This document shows positions 20,034-29,101 of a DNA stretch of 32,900 bases, in pieces; within the stretch, counting starts at the first letter, position 1; each line of letters begins with the position of its first letter. Origin of the DNA: Chloroflexota bacterium (GTDB lineage: Bacteria; Chloroflexota; Anaerolineae; Thermoflexales; Thermoflexaceae); the NCBI GenBank assembly GCA_030550075.1, contig JAUQQB010000001.1, positions 1 to 32,900 of the forward strand, read 5' to 3'. The position numbers and the translations under genes are program-made. The notes beneath the pieces were generated by a model. The model was given only the letters and a program-made list of their open reading frames with translations, was not told the DNA's origin and did no database searches.

Positions 20034-20887
20034 GAGAACCGGATCCCCTCCGAATGAGCCTGTTTGAATCCCTCAGCGATCAGCAGGAACCCCAGGGTGG
20101 TCAAAAGCAGGAAAGCGGCCGGCGCCAGGAACAGATGGGGGGCGAAGGCCAGGGCCCCCTGTCCCTCCCCAATCATGTTTCCCCATGAAGGAGTCGGCAG
20201 CGGAACCCCCGCTCCCAGGTAGGAGAGAGTGGCCTCCATCATCACCGCTGCAGCGGCGTTCATCGGAGCGTAGGTGAGAAGCAGGGTTTTCAGATGGGGC
20301 AGGATATGCCGAAGCAGGATCCGATGCCTGGCCTCTCCCATCGCCACGGCCGCCTCTACGAACCCCCGGCGCCGCATGCGCAGGGTCTCGTTATAGACCA
20401 GACGAGCGGGGTAAGCCCAGAACAGCATGGTGATGATGACCACCGGGCGCAGCGGCCCCGCGGGCAACAGGGCTGTCATGGCCAGGCCCGCCAGGGTCGT
20501 GGGGAGGGCAAGGCCGATATCAGTCAAGCGCATCAAAAGGGCTTCCGGAAACCCTCCGTAAAAGCCGGCCATCATGCCCACCGCCGCCCCCAGGGCCAGG
20601 CTCAGGAGGGCCGCCAGGATCCCGATGGAAAGGGAGACCCGTCCGGCCAGGGCGACTCGAGCCAGCACATCTCGTCCCAGCGAGTCGGTTCCCAATGGAT
20701 GGGTATGGTTGGGACCCAGGGGCAATCCCGCCGGGCTCAGACCGGTCGCGAAGTCCTGGTAATATGGGTCTCCAAGCCAGGGGGCGAGGAGGGCGATCAG
20801 GCTTACCGCTCCAATCAGGGCGATCCCGGCCAATAACGAACGCCGGGCCTCAATCGGCCACCCAGAGGCGATCGTAATAGGTGCCAT
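20018..20887 (-). CDS. Dpp/Opp-type ABC permease (DppC-like)
   Basis: HPLGTDSLGRDVLAR, FVEAAVAMG, RHILP, EATLSYLG, PTPSWGNMI. Confidence 0.92.
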   Translation of the reverse strand: MAPITIASGWPIEARRSLLAGIALIGAVSLIALLAPWLGDPYYQDFATGLSPAGLPLGPNHTHPLGTDSLGRDVLARVALAGRVSLSIGILAALLSLALGAAVGMMAGFYGGFPEALLMRLTDIGLALPTTLAGLAMTALLPAGPLRPVVIITMLFWAYPARLVYNETLRMRRRGFVEAAVAMGEARHRILLRHILPHLKTLLLTYAPMNAAAAVMMEATLSYLGAGVPLPTPSWGNMIGEGQGALAFAPHLFLAPAAFLLLTTLGFLLIAEGFKQAHSEGIRFSWLAL

Positions 20888-22586
20888 ATTCCCCTCGATA
20901 ATGGTAGTTCTGAATCCGCTCCCGCCGGCCCGCGATGAAGTTGAACGACACCAGCCACAGGAACGGCGCGTCCTCCCCGATCAGCTGCTCAATCCGGGCG
21001 TAGATCCGGTTGCGCTCCTGCTCATCGAAAACGGCCTTCGCCTCCTGCGCCAGCCGATCCACCTCCGGATTGCTGTAGCCGATGTGGTTGTCGGAGGCGT
21101 CCGAGACGAAGAGGGTGTTGACCATATCGGCCGGGGAGGGCTGGACCATGAACCAGGACCCGCTCCACATCTGGAGGCCTCCTTTTTGCACCAGGTCCTG
21201 CAGGACGCTGGGGTCCACCTGCTCCAGGCGCACCCGCACCCCGATCGCCGCCAGATCCTGCTGGACGATTTGGGCCTCCTGGAGGAAGGGGCTGTCCGAC
21301 CGGGCGGTAAGGGTGACCAAGAAGCCGTCCGGGTAGCCGGCCTCTGTTAGGAGCCGCTTGGCTCGATCCGGGTCGTAGCCATAAGGCTGGAAGATCCGGT
21401 CGTAGTTCTCCAGCGTCGGCGGGAACGGCGCTCCCCACGCGCGAGATTGACCTGCGAAGATCCGCTCGATCTTGGCGCGATCCACTCCCCAATTGAGGGC
21501 CTGGCGGACCCGGCGGTCGTTCAAGGGCGGCTGCTGCGTGTTCAGCTCGATCCAGCGCCCGGCCAGGACGGGGACCGGCTGGGCGAGGCGGCTCAGGTTG
21601 GGATCCGCAAGGACCCGGCTAACATGAGTGGCCGGAATTCCTTCCCCGAGAATATCCAAATTCCCGGCCTGCAACTGCAACAATAGCGTATCCTCCGCGA
21701 TCCCCCAGCGGAATTCCACCTCGTCCACATAAGGCAGCCCAGGCCAGAAATAATCCGGGTTCTTGGCGAAGACTGCTCGCTGTTGCTCCTCGCTGTATTC
21801 CACCAGCTTGAAAGGCCCCGTGCCCACCGTGTAAGTCCGACCGAAGTCCTCCGGATGAGCTTCTACTTCCTCACGGGGAATGGGGGTGCTCATCGGAAGG
21901 GAAAGGAGGTTCAGAATCGTGAAATCCGGCTGGATCAGGTGGATCCGCAGGGTGTAAGCATCCACCACCTCCACCCCTTCCAGGGTCTTCGTCTTCCCTT
22001 CCATCACCTCTTTGGCGCCGACGATGGTCTCAAAATAGCTCTGGGCCCAGGAGGCCAGCTCCGGGCTCAGGGCGCGCTCCCATGACCATTTGAAATCCTC
22101 CGCCGTGACCTCGCGGCCATTGTGGAATTTGATCCCCTGACGGAGCCGGATCGCCAGCGTCCGGCCGTCCGCAGAGACTTCCGGCATGGCTTCCGCCATG
22201 TGCGGCGCGGGCCCTCCGGCCTGCCCATCGTAAGCGAGGAGGGTGGCATAGACCAGCTCGGTCAGCACATCCCAGGCGGACAGGTTGTAGCCAAGGGCCG
22301 GATCGAGGGAGTTCGGGCCCTCGCTCCAGCCCACCACCACCCGACCTCCGGGCTTTCCCCCCGCAAAGGGCGGCCCGGGAGGACGCCCGGGGATTGGCGT
22401 AGGGGAGGGAGGGATCGGGGACGGAGGAACGGGTGTTGGGGAAGGAGCCGGCCCCGGTGGCGAGGGAGAAGGGCTTGGGGGAATGGTGGGCGAAACGGCC
22501 GGAGCGCACTGAGTGAGGACCCACCCGCCGATTCCGATCCCGAACCACCTCAGGAATTCGCGACGGGTCAACTTGCGCGCGTTCAT
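20850..22586 (-). CDS. Family 5 (peptide/opine/nickel) solute-binding lipoprotein with Tat signal
   Basis: TRREFL twin-arginine motif, LTQC lipobox, Pro-rich linker, SLDPA, LRQGIKFHNG, VGTGPFKL, DRRVRQAL. GAAAGGAGG RBS. Confidence 0.92.
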   Translation of the reverse strand: MNARKLTRREFLRWFGIGIGGWVLTQCAPAVSPTIPPSPSPSPPGPAPSPTPVPPSPIPPSPTPIPGRPPGPPFAGGKPGGRVVVGWSEGPNSLDPALGYNLSAWDVLTELVYATLLAYDGQAGGPAPHMAEAMPEVSADGRTLAIRLRQGIKFHNGREVTAEDFKWSWERALSPELASWAQSYFETIVGAKEVMEGKTKTLEGVEVVDAYTLRIHLIQPDFTILNLLSLPMSTPIPREEVEAHPEDFGRTYTVGTGPFKLVEYSEEQQRAVFAKNPDYFWPGLPYVDEVEFRWGIAEDTLLLQLQAGNLDILGEGIPATHVSRVLADPNLSRLAQPVPVLAGRWIELNTQQPPLNDRRVRQALNWGVDRAKIERIFAGQSRAWGAPFPPTLENYDRIFQPYGYDPDRAKRLLTEAGYPDGFLVTLTARSDSPFLQEAQIVQQDLAAIGVRVRLEQVDPSVLQDLVQKGGLQMWSGSWFMVQPSPADMVNTLFVSDASDNHIGYSNPEVDRLAQEAKAVFDEQERNRIYARIEQLIGEDAPFLWLVSFNFIAGRRERIQNYHYRGEYGTYYDRLWVAD

Positions 22587-22612
22587 CGGCCCCTCCTTTC
22601 TTCCAGCTTAAG

Positions 22613-22640
22613 GTAGGACAACTGCTTGCAGTTGTCCTAC
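22613..22640. promoter_or_regulatory. Near-perfect 28-bp palindrome between the C45 gene and the SBP gene
   Basis: GTAGGACAACTGC-TT-GCAGTTGTCCTAC. Confidence 0.7.
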
Positions 22641-22642
22641 TC

Positions 22643-23722
22643 TTAGAAGACATATAGCGCCACAGCCGGGAGCAACTGGCATGGGTTCCCCATCCGCGTT
22701 AGCATCCAGCGTCCCGGGGGATCGATCACCACGCCCGCCGCGCTCCGGCTGTCCGAGGCGAGGTTCGGATGGCGACAGACGGTGGCCCCCTCCGGGCCGG
22801 GGACGTGATCGGCCAGGATCTCCAGGAGGTCCAGCGGCTGGACCCCCGAGCGGGCAGCGGCCTGGGTCTTCAGGCGCTCCACGCGATGCCGGCTGGCCGG
22901 CACATCCTCCCGCCATTGCTGCATCGCGCACGCCGGGTCCTCGAAATGCGCGCACGTGGCCCATATCCCCTCCACCGGCCGCACGGCGGAGACCGTCCCG
23001 GCCATCTCGATGTCCACCGCGTGGACTCCGTCGCTGACAATATAATGACAGCCTGCGGTGGAAGGGGCCTCCGTCACCACCCCGACCGCCTCTTCCACGC
23101 TGCGGCAGCGAAGGATGCGACGGGCGATGAAGGTATAAGGAAGTCCGGGGGGATGGGCGCGGAGGGTGACCCCGGTGTGCACACTGCCGATGCCGGCGCT
23201 GTTCACCCCCACGCCGCCCAGGGTCCCCGCATCCGCCAGATAGGCCATGCGAACTCCGCCTTCCTCCACGAAAAACAGCCAGGGGTCCCCCCACCAGTCC
23301 GCCCCATCCCAGGTTTGAGCCAGTAGCATCCTTCCCGTCGCCGTCCGATCCAAGGGAAGGATCACCGCAGAGCAGCGAGGGCCCGCCGGGCGGGGAGGAC
23401 GGCCGCGCTCGTGGACCAGATCGGCGATTTCCTCGTAAAAATTCAAGCCCAGGACAGCCTCCCAGGGCACGCCGGCACCCTCCGCCAGGCCTTCCAGCTC
23501 GAGGGCGAGATCGGGGTCCTTTTCAAGGGCTGGCACCGCTCGCTCCTGAATCCATTCGCGGAGCTCCTGGAGAGAAATCGGGTGAGCCGCACGAACCGTG
23601 GCCTCCGCGACCAGCTCCGCCCAGTAGCGGCGGATCCAGGGAGCGGCCGCTCGGCCGTGCTGTCGCCCCCGTTCCCGTGGGGATCCCGTCAGCCAAAGGA
23701 CGCGGATGCTCTCGTCTTTCAT
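22643..23722 (-). CDS. C45-family Ntn-hydrolase (isopenicillin-N acyltransferase-like amidohydrolase/acyltransferase)
   Basis: GSPRERGRQHG, ELEGLAEGAG, candidate autoprocessing Cys in PRCSAV, LLAQTWD, GVNSAGI, GNPC. Confidence 0.85.
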   Translation of the reverse strand: MKDESIRVLWLTGSPRERGRQHGRAAAPWIRRYWAELVAEATVRAAHPISLQELREWIQERAVPALEKDPDLALELEGLAEGAGVPWEAVLGLNFYEEIADLVHERGRPPRPAGPRCSAVILPLDRTATGRMLLAQTWDGADWWGDPWLFFVEEGGVRMAYLADAGTLGGVGVNSAGIGSVHTGVTLRAHPPGLPYTFIARRILRCRSVEEAVGVVTEAPSTAGCHYIVSDGVHAVDIEMAGTVSAVRPVEGIWATCAHFEDPACAMQQWREDVPASRHRVERLKTQAAARSGVQPLDLLEILADHVPGPEGATVCRHPNLASDSRSAAGVVIDPPGRWMLTRMGNPCQLLPAVALYVF

Positions 23723-23728
23723 CAGCCC

Positions 23729-24625
23729 TTATCCTCCTGGAAATAGCCCTTCCGGTAGCTCTACCAGCCCACTCGATGGAAGCTGGCGAAGGATCGCCAG
23801 TACCCCTCGGTTCCAGATTTGCATCGCCTTCGCCCGCCGATAGGCTCGATGCAAACCGGTCTCTGCGGCGAACCCTACAGCGCCCATCAGCTGATGGGCG
23901 AGCGCCGTGACCCAGACCGCGGCGCTACCGGTATAGATCAGCGCAGGCGCCCAGTCTGGAAGATCCGGCACAGACCAGGCTAAGGCCTGGATTCCTTTCA
24001 CGATCGTGGCCGCTTCGCTGAGATACTGCTGAATCACCGGCTGGGCGGCGAGGGGGCGATCGAATTGCCGACGGACGAACGTGTGGTCCAGGGCCTGTCG
24101 GAAGGCTCGCTCCGCCAGCCCGGCGAGGTAAGAGACGGTAGCAGCGGCCCAGGCCCGCCAACGTTGCCTCGCCTCTTCCAACGGTGCTTCCCTTTCCGGC
24201 CGCAGGGCTGCTTCCGGAAATCGATAGATCCCCCAGTTGTCCAGATAGGCTATGGGCTCTCCGGTGGAGGGCAGAGTTGCCCAGCCCAGGCCCCCGGGTA
24301 GGGGAATAGCTGCCTGGGAGGTGCGGGTCGCATAACGAACCCATCCGTTCAGGGCCAGCGCTCCCCCTAAAGCCGCCTGATCGATCAGGGACAGGGGCGC
24401 GATGGCCTTGCCCAGGGCGAAGGCCCCTGCCATGCCCAACGGCAGCGCCTCCGGCTCCTCCCCCCATATCATCCAGCCGAGCTCCTGCAGATGTTCGACC
24501 AGCCTTTCGTCGTGATCCTCCCCCCAGCCGCCGGGCTGCCATTCCCCGGGTGGCCTCCAGCCTTCCAGCAACCGGGAGAAGGCTTGTTCCACCATCTGAA
24601 TTTCAGGAAGAGTCGACCGTTCCAT
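23729..24625 (-). CDS. Short degenerate acyl-CoA dehydrogenase subunit (FadE27/FadE28-like partner)
   Basis: C-terminal ACAD motifs are present (RRQFDRPLAAQPVIQQYL; AHQLMGAVGF..E..LHRAYRRA), but the SEPxAGSD FAD-binding motif is absent. 298 aa. Confidence 0.75.
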   Translation of the reverse strand: MERSTLPEIQMVEQAFSRLLEGWRPPGEWQPGGWGEDHDERLVEHLQELGWMIWGEEPEALPLGMAGAFALGKAIAPLSLIDQAALGGALALNGWVRYATRTSQAAIPLPGGLGWATLPSTGEPIAYLDNWGIYRFPEAALRPEREAPLEEARQRWRAWAAATVSYLAGLAERAFRQALDHTFVRRQFDRPLAAQPVIQQYLSEAATIVKGIQALAWSVPDLPDWAPALIYTGSAAVWVTALAHQLMGAVGFAAETGLHRAYRRAKAMQIWNRGVLAILRQLPSSGLVELPEGLFPGG

Positions 24626-25838
24626 GGTTTTCCTCTTCCGGGGTGAGAACTATGCGGGTGTGCTCACCGCAGCCAGGGATCCAATCGCCGACGGCGTTCG
24701 GCTGTCCATTCAGGCGCCACAAGCTGCCCAGCGCCCATACCGGGCCCACCCCGGGTTGCCGGAAGACGTGGAGCAGATGGTTGGCCCGAACCTGAGGATC
24801 CCCATAGAGGGCGCTGAGGCGGCGCACTGGCCCGCATGGGATCCCGTGGGCCTCCAACCGTTCCAGCCAGAAGGCAACCGGCCGGGCCGCGATACGGGCC
24901 TCCATCTCTTGCACCAGGGCCTGCCGCTGGGCACGCTCCTGCGGGTCCTCTGGGATCTTGTCCGGATCGCCGACGGCGGGGTCCTGCAAGCCGAACACCT
25001 GAAGCATCGCCTCCCGCTGGCGTTGGTTGAGGCAGGCTACAGCCAGAAAGCCATCCTGGGCCTGATAGCACCGATAATAAGGGTTCAGGGACAGCCGAAG
25101 GGCGACCTCCTCTGTCCGCTGATCCAGGTCCGGGGGCCCGGCGGGCTGCTCCGGGTTTTCTATGGGAGGAGGGCCTTGAAGCGCTTCCACCCACACCAGG
25201 TCCTGGAGCTGGACAGCTAAGGCGGCAGCGAGCAAGGAGACTTCGACATGCAAGCCGCTTCCCACAACCTGTCGATAGAGGAGGCCCGCCAGAGCTCCCA
25301 GGGCCATCAGCAGGCCAGCGGTCAGATCCACAATGGGGATCCCTCCCGCCCGGACGGGGAGGCGGTCCCCCGGGTGGGCCCCGGTGAGCAGGAGGCCGCT
25401 GAAGGCCTGGACGACCAGATCGTAGGCGGGCTTCCGGGCCAGTGGACCCTGAGCGCCGAAGGCGGTGAGCGTGCACAGGACCGCCCGGGGATTCAAGGAC
25501 CGAACGGTTCCCCAGTCCAATCCGAAGGCCCGCGCCCGCTCCCTCGGGAAGTTGTGCAGGATCAGGTCCGCCCGGCGGATTAAAGCCCGGCTCGCCTGCC
25601 GTCCTCCCTCGGTCCGAAGGTCCAGGATCACCGAGCGTTTCCCCCGATTCAGCGCATAAAAATAGCGGCTCTCCCCGGGGGCAAAGGGATCCAGATGCCG
25701 ATACGCTTCGCCTCCTGGCGGTTCGATTTTCACCACCTCCGCTCCCAGATCCGCCAGAAGCATCCCCGCGAACGGCCCCGCGACGTATTGGGCGTACTCC
25801 AGAACCCGGATCCCTTCCAGCGGTCGCTCCGCGTTCAT
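24603..25838 (-). CDS. Class III (CaiB/BaiF) CoA-transferase
   Basis: PLEGIRVLE, AGPFAGMLLADLGAEVVKIEPP, NRGKRS, AYDLVVQA, candidate catalytic Asp in PIVDLTAG. Confidence 0.93.
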   Translation of the reverse strand: MNAERPLEGIRVLEYAQYVAGPFAGMLLADLGAEVVKIEPPGGEAYRHLDPFAPGESRYFYALNRGKRSVILDLRTEGGRQASRALIRRADLILHNFPRERARAFGLDWGTVRSLNPRAVLCTLTAFGAQGPLARKPAYDLVVQAFSGLLLTGAHPGDRLPVRAGGIPIVDLTAGLLMALGALAGLLYRQVVGSGLHVEVSLLAAALAVQLQDLVWVEALQGPPPIENPEQPAGPPDLDQRTEEVALRLSLNPYYRCYQAQDGFLAVACLNQRQREAMLQVFGLQDPAVGDPDKIPEDPQERAQRQALVQEMEARIAARPVAFWLERLEAHGIPCGPVRRLSALYGDPQVRANHLLHVFRQPGVGPVWALGSLWRLNGQPNAVGDWIPGCGEHTRIVLTPEEENHGTVDSS

Positions 25839-27157
25839 CCCATCTCCCGTGCCAGATCCATACAGGCCTGAGCGATTCGATGTAGGGATTCCTCCAGGAT
25901 CTCCTCCGTATGGGCGGCGGAGAGGAACCAGCGCCCGAAGGGGAAGCGATGGGCAAAGACCCCATATCGGACCAAAAGCTCGCAGAAGCGGCGATAGCGG
26001 GCGGCGTCCTGCAGGGCGGCGAGATCCCGATAGGTGCGCGCGCCATCGGAGGAGGGGGACCCAAATATGGGCAGCAGCATCGAAGCGATCCGACGCGCGT
26101 GGCCGACGACGCCAGCGGCGCGCATCGCTGCCTCAATCCCCCGGGCGAGCCGTTCCGTCCGCTCGGTCAGGGTTCTGTAGAGGGCCGGCCCCTCGCGGGC
26201 CAGGCGGTCCAGCACCGCCCGGGCCGCGGCCAGCACCGTTGGGGAGCCGGTGTAGGTGCCCCCGTGGACCACCCGGCCTTCCGCCACCGGTTGCATCAGC
26301 TCCCGGGGCCCTCCGAAGGCGGCCAGGGCGAACCCGCCGCCCAGGATTTTGCCCAGCACGGTAAGGTCGGGCCGAACCCCATAGAGGGCCTGCGCGCCGC
26401 CGGGGGAGACTCGAAAGCCAGTTAGCACTTCGTCGAAGATCAGGAGCGCCCCATAGCGATCTGCAAGCGCCCGTAATCCCTGCAGGAACCCCGGGGCCGG
26501 TTGGAGCAAGCCCCCTGACCCTAACACCGGCTCTACCAGGATGGCAGCGATCTCCAAACCGCGCGCCTCCAGGCAGGCTTCCACCGCTTCCAGATCGTTG
26601 AACGGACACAGGAGCACAGAAGCTACAGCTTCCGGGAGAACCCCGGCGCTCTCCGGGGCAGGCGCCTCCCCGCCGGAGGCCTGCCACCCGACACAGACCG
26701 GATCCGCCCAGCCGTGGTAGGCCCCTTCGAACTTCACGATACAGGGTCGGCCGGTGATCGCGCGGGCCAGGCGAACGACGGCCATCACCGCTTCCGTGCC
26801 GGAGTTGGCGAAACGGACCTGTTCAATGGAGGGGAAGAAGGCGGCGATCCGCTCCCCCACCTCAGCGTAGAGCCGATGGGGGAAAGCGAAGTGCGGGCCC
26901 ATGATCCGGATCGCCTGACAGACCGCTTCCACCAGCCAGGGAGGGTTGTGCCCGAACAGGTTGACCCCGTACCCGCAGCAGTAGTCGATATAGCGCAGAC
27001 CGTCCTCATCGTAGAGGAAGGGCCCTTCGCTACGGGCGATGACGAGGGGGAACGTCCCCATCTGGCGGGCATAGCTGGTCTCCCCGCCCGCCACCCAATG
27101 GGCGATCTCCTGGAAAAGCTCCTGGGACCGCGTTCGGCTCACCGTCCATTCGGGCAT
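25835..27157 (-). CDS. Class III PLP aminotransferase, GSA-aminomutase (HemL)-like
   Basis: Start re-placed at ATG 27157 (MPEWTV, 440 aa). RYIDY, VRFANSGTEA, KFEGAYHG, LIFDEVLTGFR, PLP Lys in LGKILGGG, HGGTY. Confidence 0.9.
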   Translation of the reverse strand: MPEWTVSRTRSQELFQEIAHWVAGGETSYARQMGTFPLVIARSEGPFLYDEDGLRYIDYCCGYGVNLFGHNPPWLVEAVCQAIRIMGPHFAFPHRLYAEVGERIAAFFPSIEQVRFANSGTEAVMAVVRLARAITGRPCIVKFEGAYHGWADPVCVGWQASGGEAPAPESAGVLPEAVASVLLCPFNDLEAVEACLEARGLEIAAILVEPVLGSGGLLQPAPGFLQGLRALADRYGALLIFDEVLTGFRVSPGGAQALYGVRPDLTVLGKILGGGFALAAFGGPRELMQPVAEGRVVHGGTYTGSPTVLAAARAVLDRLAREGPALYRTLTERTERLARGIEAAMRAAGVVGHARRIASMLLPIFGSPSSDGARTYRDLAALQDAARYRRFCELLVRYGVFAHRFPFGRWFLSAAHTEEILEESLHRIAQACMDLAREMG

Positions 27158-28296
27158 TTCAACCCCCGTCGGGCGATCACCAGACGCTGGATCTCCGCCG
27201 TCCCTCCGGAGATGGTGCTCCCGATGGCCGCGCGGTAAAGGGCGGCAACGCGCCCTTGAAGGAGGGCATGGGGCCCAGCCTCCGCCAGCCCGGGAATTCC
27301 CAGAAGGTCCAGAGCGGCGCTGGCGATCCGTCGGGTCAACCGGCCCACCGCAAGTTTGGCCATCGCGCTCCCCACGCTTGCATCCTTCCCGTGGGCCAGC
27401 CGGGCCGCCGCCTCGTAGCAAAGCTGACGCGCCACCTCCAGGGCACCTTGCAGGTGCCAGAGGGTCCAACGCCAGGGGCCAGAAGGATCCTGCTCCTGAA
27501 GCCAGCGCTCCAGCTCGTCCAGGACCCAGCGCAATGCGCCCACTTTCTCGATGGTTATCCGCTCAAAGTCAAGCGTGTAGAGCATCACTTTCCACCCCTC
27601 ATTCAGCGGGCCAACCCGCGCGGAGGCCGGCACGAAGACCTCGTCCAGGAAAACTTCCGCCAGCAGCCCGCCCCCCATCGTCGGAAATGTTCGCACCGTG
27701 ATCCCCGGCGTGTCCATGGGTAGCACGAACACCGAAAGCCCCCGGTGCTTCGGGGCCTCCGGGTCCGTCCGGACGGCCAAGTAGATCCAGTCCGCAATGT
27801 GGGCGCTGGAGGTCCAGATCTTATGTCCGCGCACAAGGAACCCCCCGGAGACCGGACGGGCGGTCGTTTTCAAAGCCGCCAGGTCGGAGCCGGCCTCCGG
27901 CTCGGAGAATCCCTGACAGAAAGTTAACTCCCCCCGGCAAATCCGGGGGATCAGCGTCTCGACCTGCTCGCGGGACCCAAAGCGCAACAGCGCATTCCCC
28001 ACCGTCCGGCAGGAGAGGAGATAAGGGGAGAGGGGGAGCCAGTGATAGCCAAACACCTCCTCCACCGCCGCTGTCTCCAGGAAGCTCAGGCCCTGCCCTC
28101 CCAGCTCCCGGGGCCAATGGAGTCCGATCCAGCCGGCCTCCCCCATGCGGCGGTAAATCTCCCGGGAATCCCCATCCGATGGCATTCCCTGGACCTGAAG
28201 GGTCGGTTCGGCCTCGAGCACCGGAGCCAGCGAGCGGCAAAAGGCCTCAGCGGCCGCTCGAAGCGGGGCGAGTTGCGAATCGTTTCCGGGCACCAT
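27139..28296 (-). CDS. Acyl-CoA dehydrogenase (FadE26/FadE29-like catalytic subunit)
   Basis: GWIGLHWPRELGG, FCQGFSEPEAGSDLAAL, GHKIWTS, EVFLDEV, TLDFER, TISGGTAEIQR. Confidence 0.92.
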   Translation of the reverse strand: MVPGNDSQLAPLRAAAEAFCRSLAPVLEAEPTLQVQGMPSDGDSREIYRRMGEAGWIGLHWPRELGGQGLSFLETAAVEEVFGYHWLPLSPYLLSCRTVGNALLRFGSREQVETLIPRICRGELTFCQGFSEPEAGSDLAALKTTARPVSGGFLVRGHKIWTSSAHIADWIYLAVRTDPEAPKHRGLSVFVLPMDTPGITVRTFPTMGGGLLAEVFLDEVFVPASARVGPLNEGWKVMLYTLDFERITIEKVGALRWVLDELERWLQEQDPSGPWRWTLWHLQGALEVARQLCYEAAARLAHGKDASVGSAMAKLAVGRLTRRIASAALDLLGIPGLAEAGPHALLQGRVAALYRAAIGSTISGGTAEIQRLVIARRGLKCPNGR

Positions 28297-29098
28297 CTTC
28301 CCTCACCGGCTCATCGATCCCACTCAGTTGTTCGGAGATCGCCTCTGCGGCCTGATGGAGGGCGGGGAGGATTTCACGGCGCAAGCGGCGGGCAGACCAG
28401 CGGCTAACGGGAATGGAGACGTTGATCGCTGCGCAAACCCGATCCCCTTCCCACACCGGGACTGCACATGCGTTTAACCCGAGCTCATATTCTTGCTGGG
28501 ATAAGGAATAGCCCCGCGCCCGAATCCGGCGCAGATCCGGGAGCAGATCCCGCCAGCGGGTTTTCGTGAAGGGGGTCCGCGCCGGGTAAGGCTCCGGCCC
28601 CAGGCGGGCGCGCGCATCCTCCTCATCCAGATGGGCCAGTAAGCACTTCCCCAGGGCCGTGCAGTGAGCTGGGAGAAGCAGGCCCACATAAGTCTGCACA
28701 CGGAGCAGACGAGGGCTGGCGTAGCTGACCAGGTAAAGGACCTGGGCGCCCTCCAGGATCGCCAGATTAGCAGTCTCCCCCAGTGTGTCCGAGAGCCGCC
28801 GCACATAGGGGCGGGCGATCTCCGGCAGCCGCAGCGCGTGAAGGGTGGGGCCAATCAATCGCACCACCTCGCTTCCCAATCGAAAACGGCGGGTGACCGG
28901 ATCCTGCTCCACAAAGCGATAGGCCATGAGGGTCCGCACCAGCCGATGAACGGTAGGAAGAGGAAGGCCTGTGGCCTCTCCCAGCTCCGAGAGGGTCCAC
29001 TCCGGGCGTTCGAAGGAGAACTGCTGAAGGATCTGAAGTCCTCGCGCGAGGGATCGGCTCATCGGAGAGGCCTTTCCAGCCCTTCGGCTCTTGATCAT
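28247..29098 (-). CDS. IclR-family transcriptional regulator
   Basis: RSLARGLQIL, HTH LSELGEATGLPLPTVHRLVRTL, LGETANL, PAHCTALGK, RGYSLS..E. Exact start uncertain (29098 or 29063). Confidence 0.93.
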   Translation of the reverse strand: MIKSRRAGKASPMSRSLARGLQILQQFSFERPEWTLSELGEATGLPLPTVHRLVRTLMAYRFVEQDPVTRRFRLGSEVVRLIGPTLHALRLPEIARPYVRRLSDTLGETANLAILEGAQVLYLVSYASPRLLRVQTYVGLLLPAHCTALGKCLLAHLDEEDARARLGPEPYPARTPFTKTRWRDLLPDLRRIRARGYSLSQQEYELGLNACAVPVWEGDRVCAAINVSIPVSRWSARRLRREILPALHQAAEAISEQLSGIDEPVREDGARKRFATRPASSGR

Positions 29099-29101
29099 AT
29101 T

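Noticed and set aside
24664-26136. 490-aa alternative-frame ORF over the CoA-transferase
   Set aside because: Pro/Gly/Arg-rich off-frame translation overlapping two well-supported genes.
27158-27469. 104-aa N-terminal extension of the aminotransferase
   Set aside because: Lies inside the ACAD gene in another frame and is low-complexity; family similarity begins at 27157.
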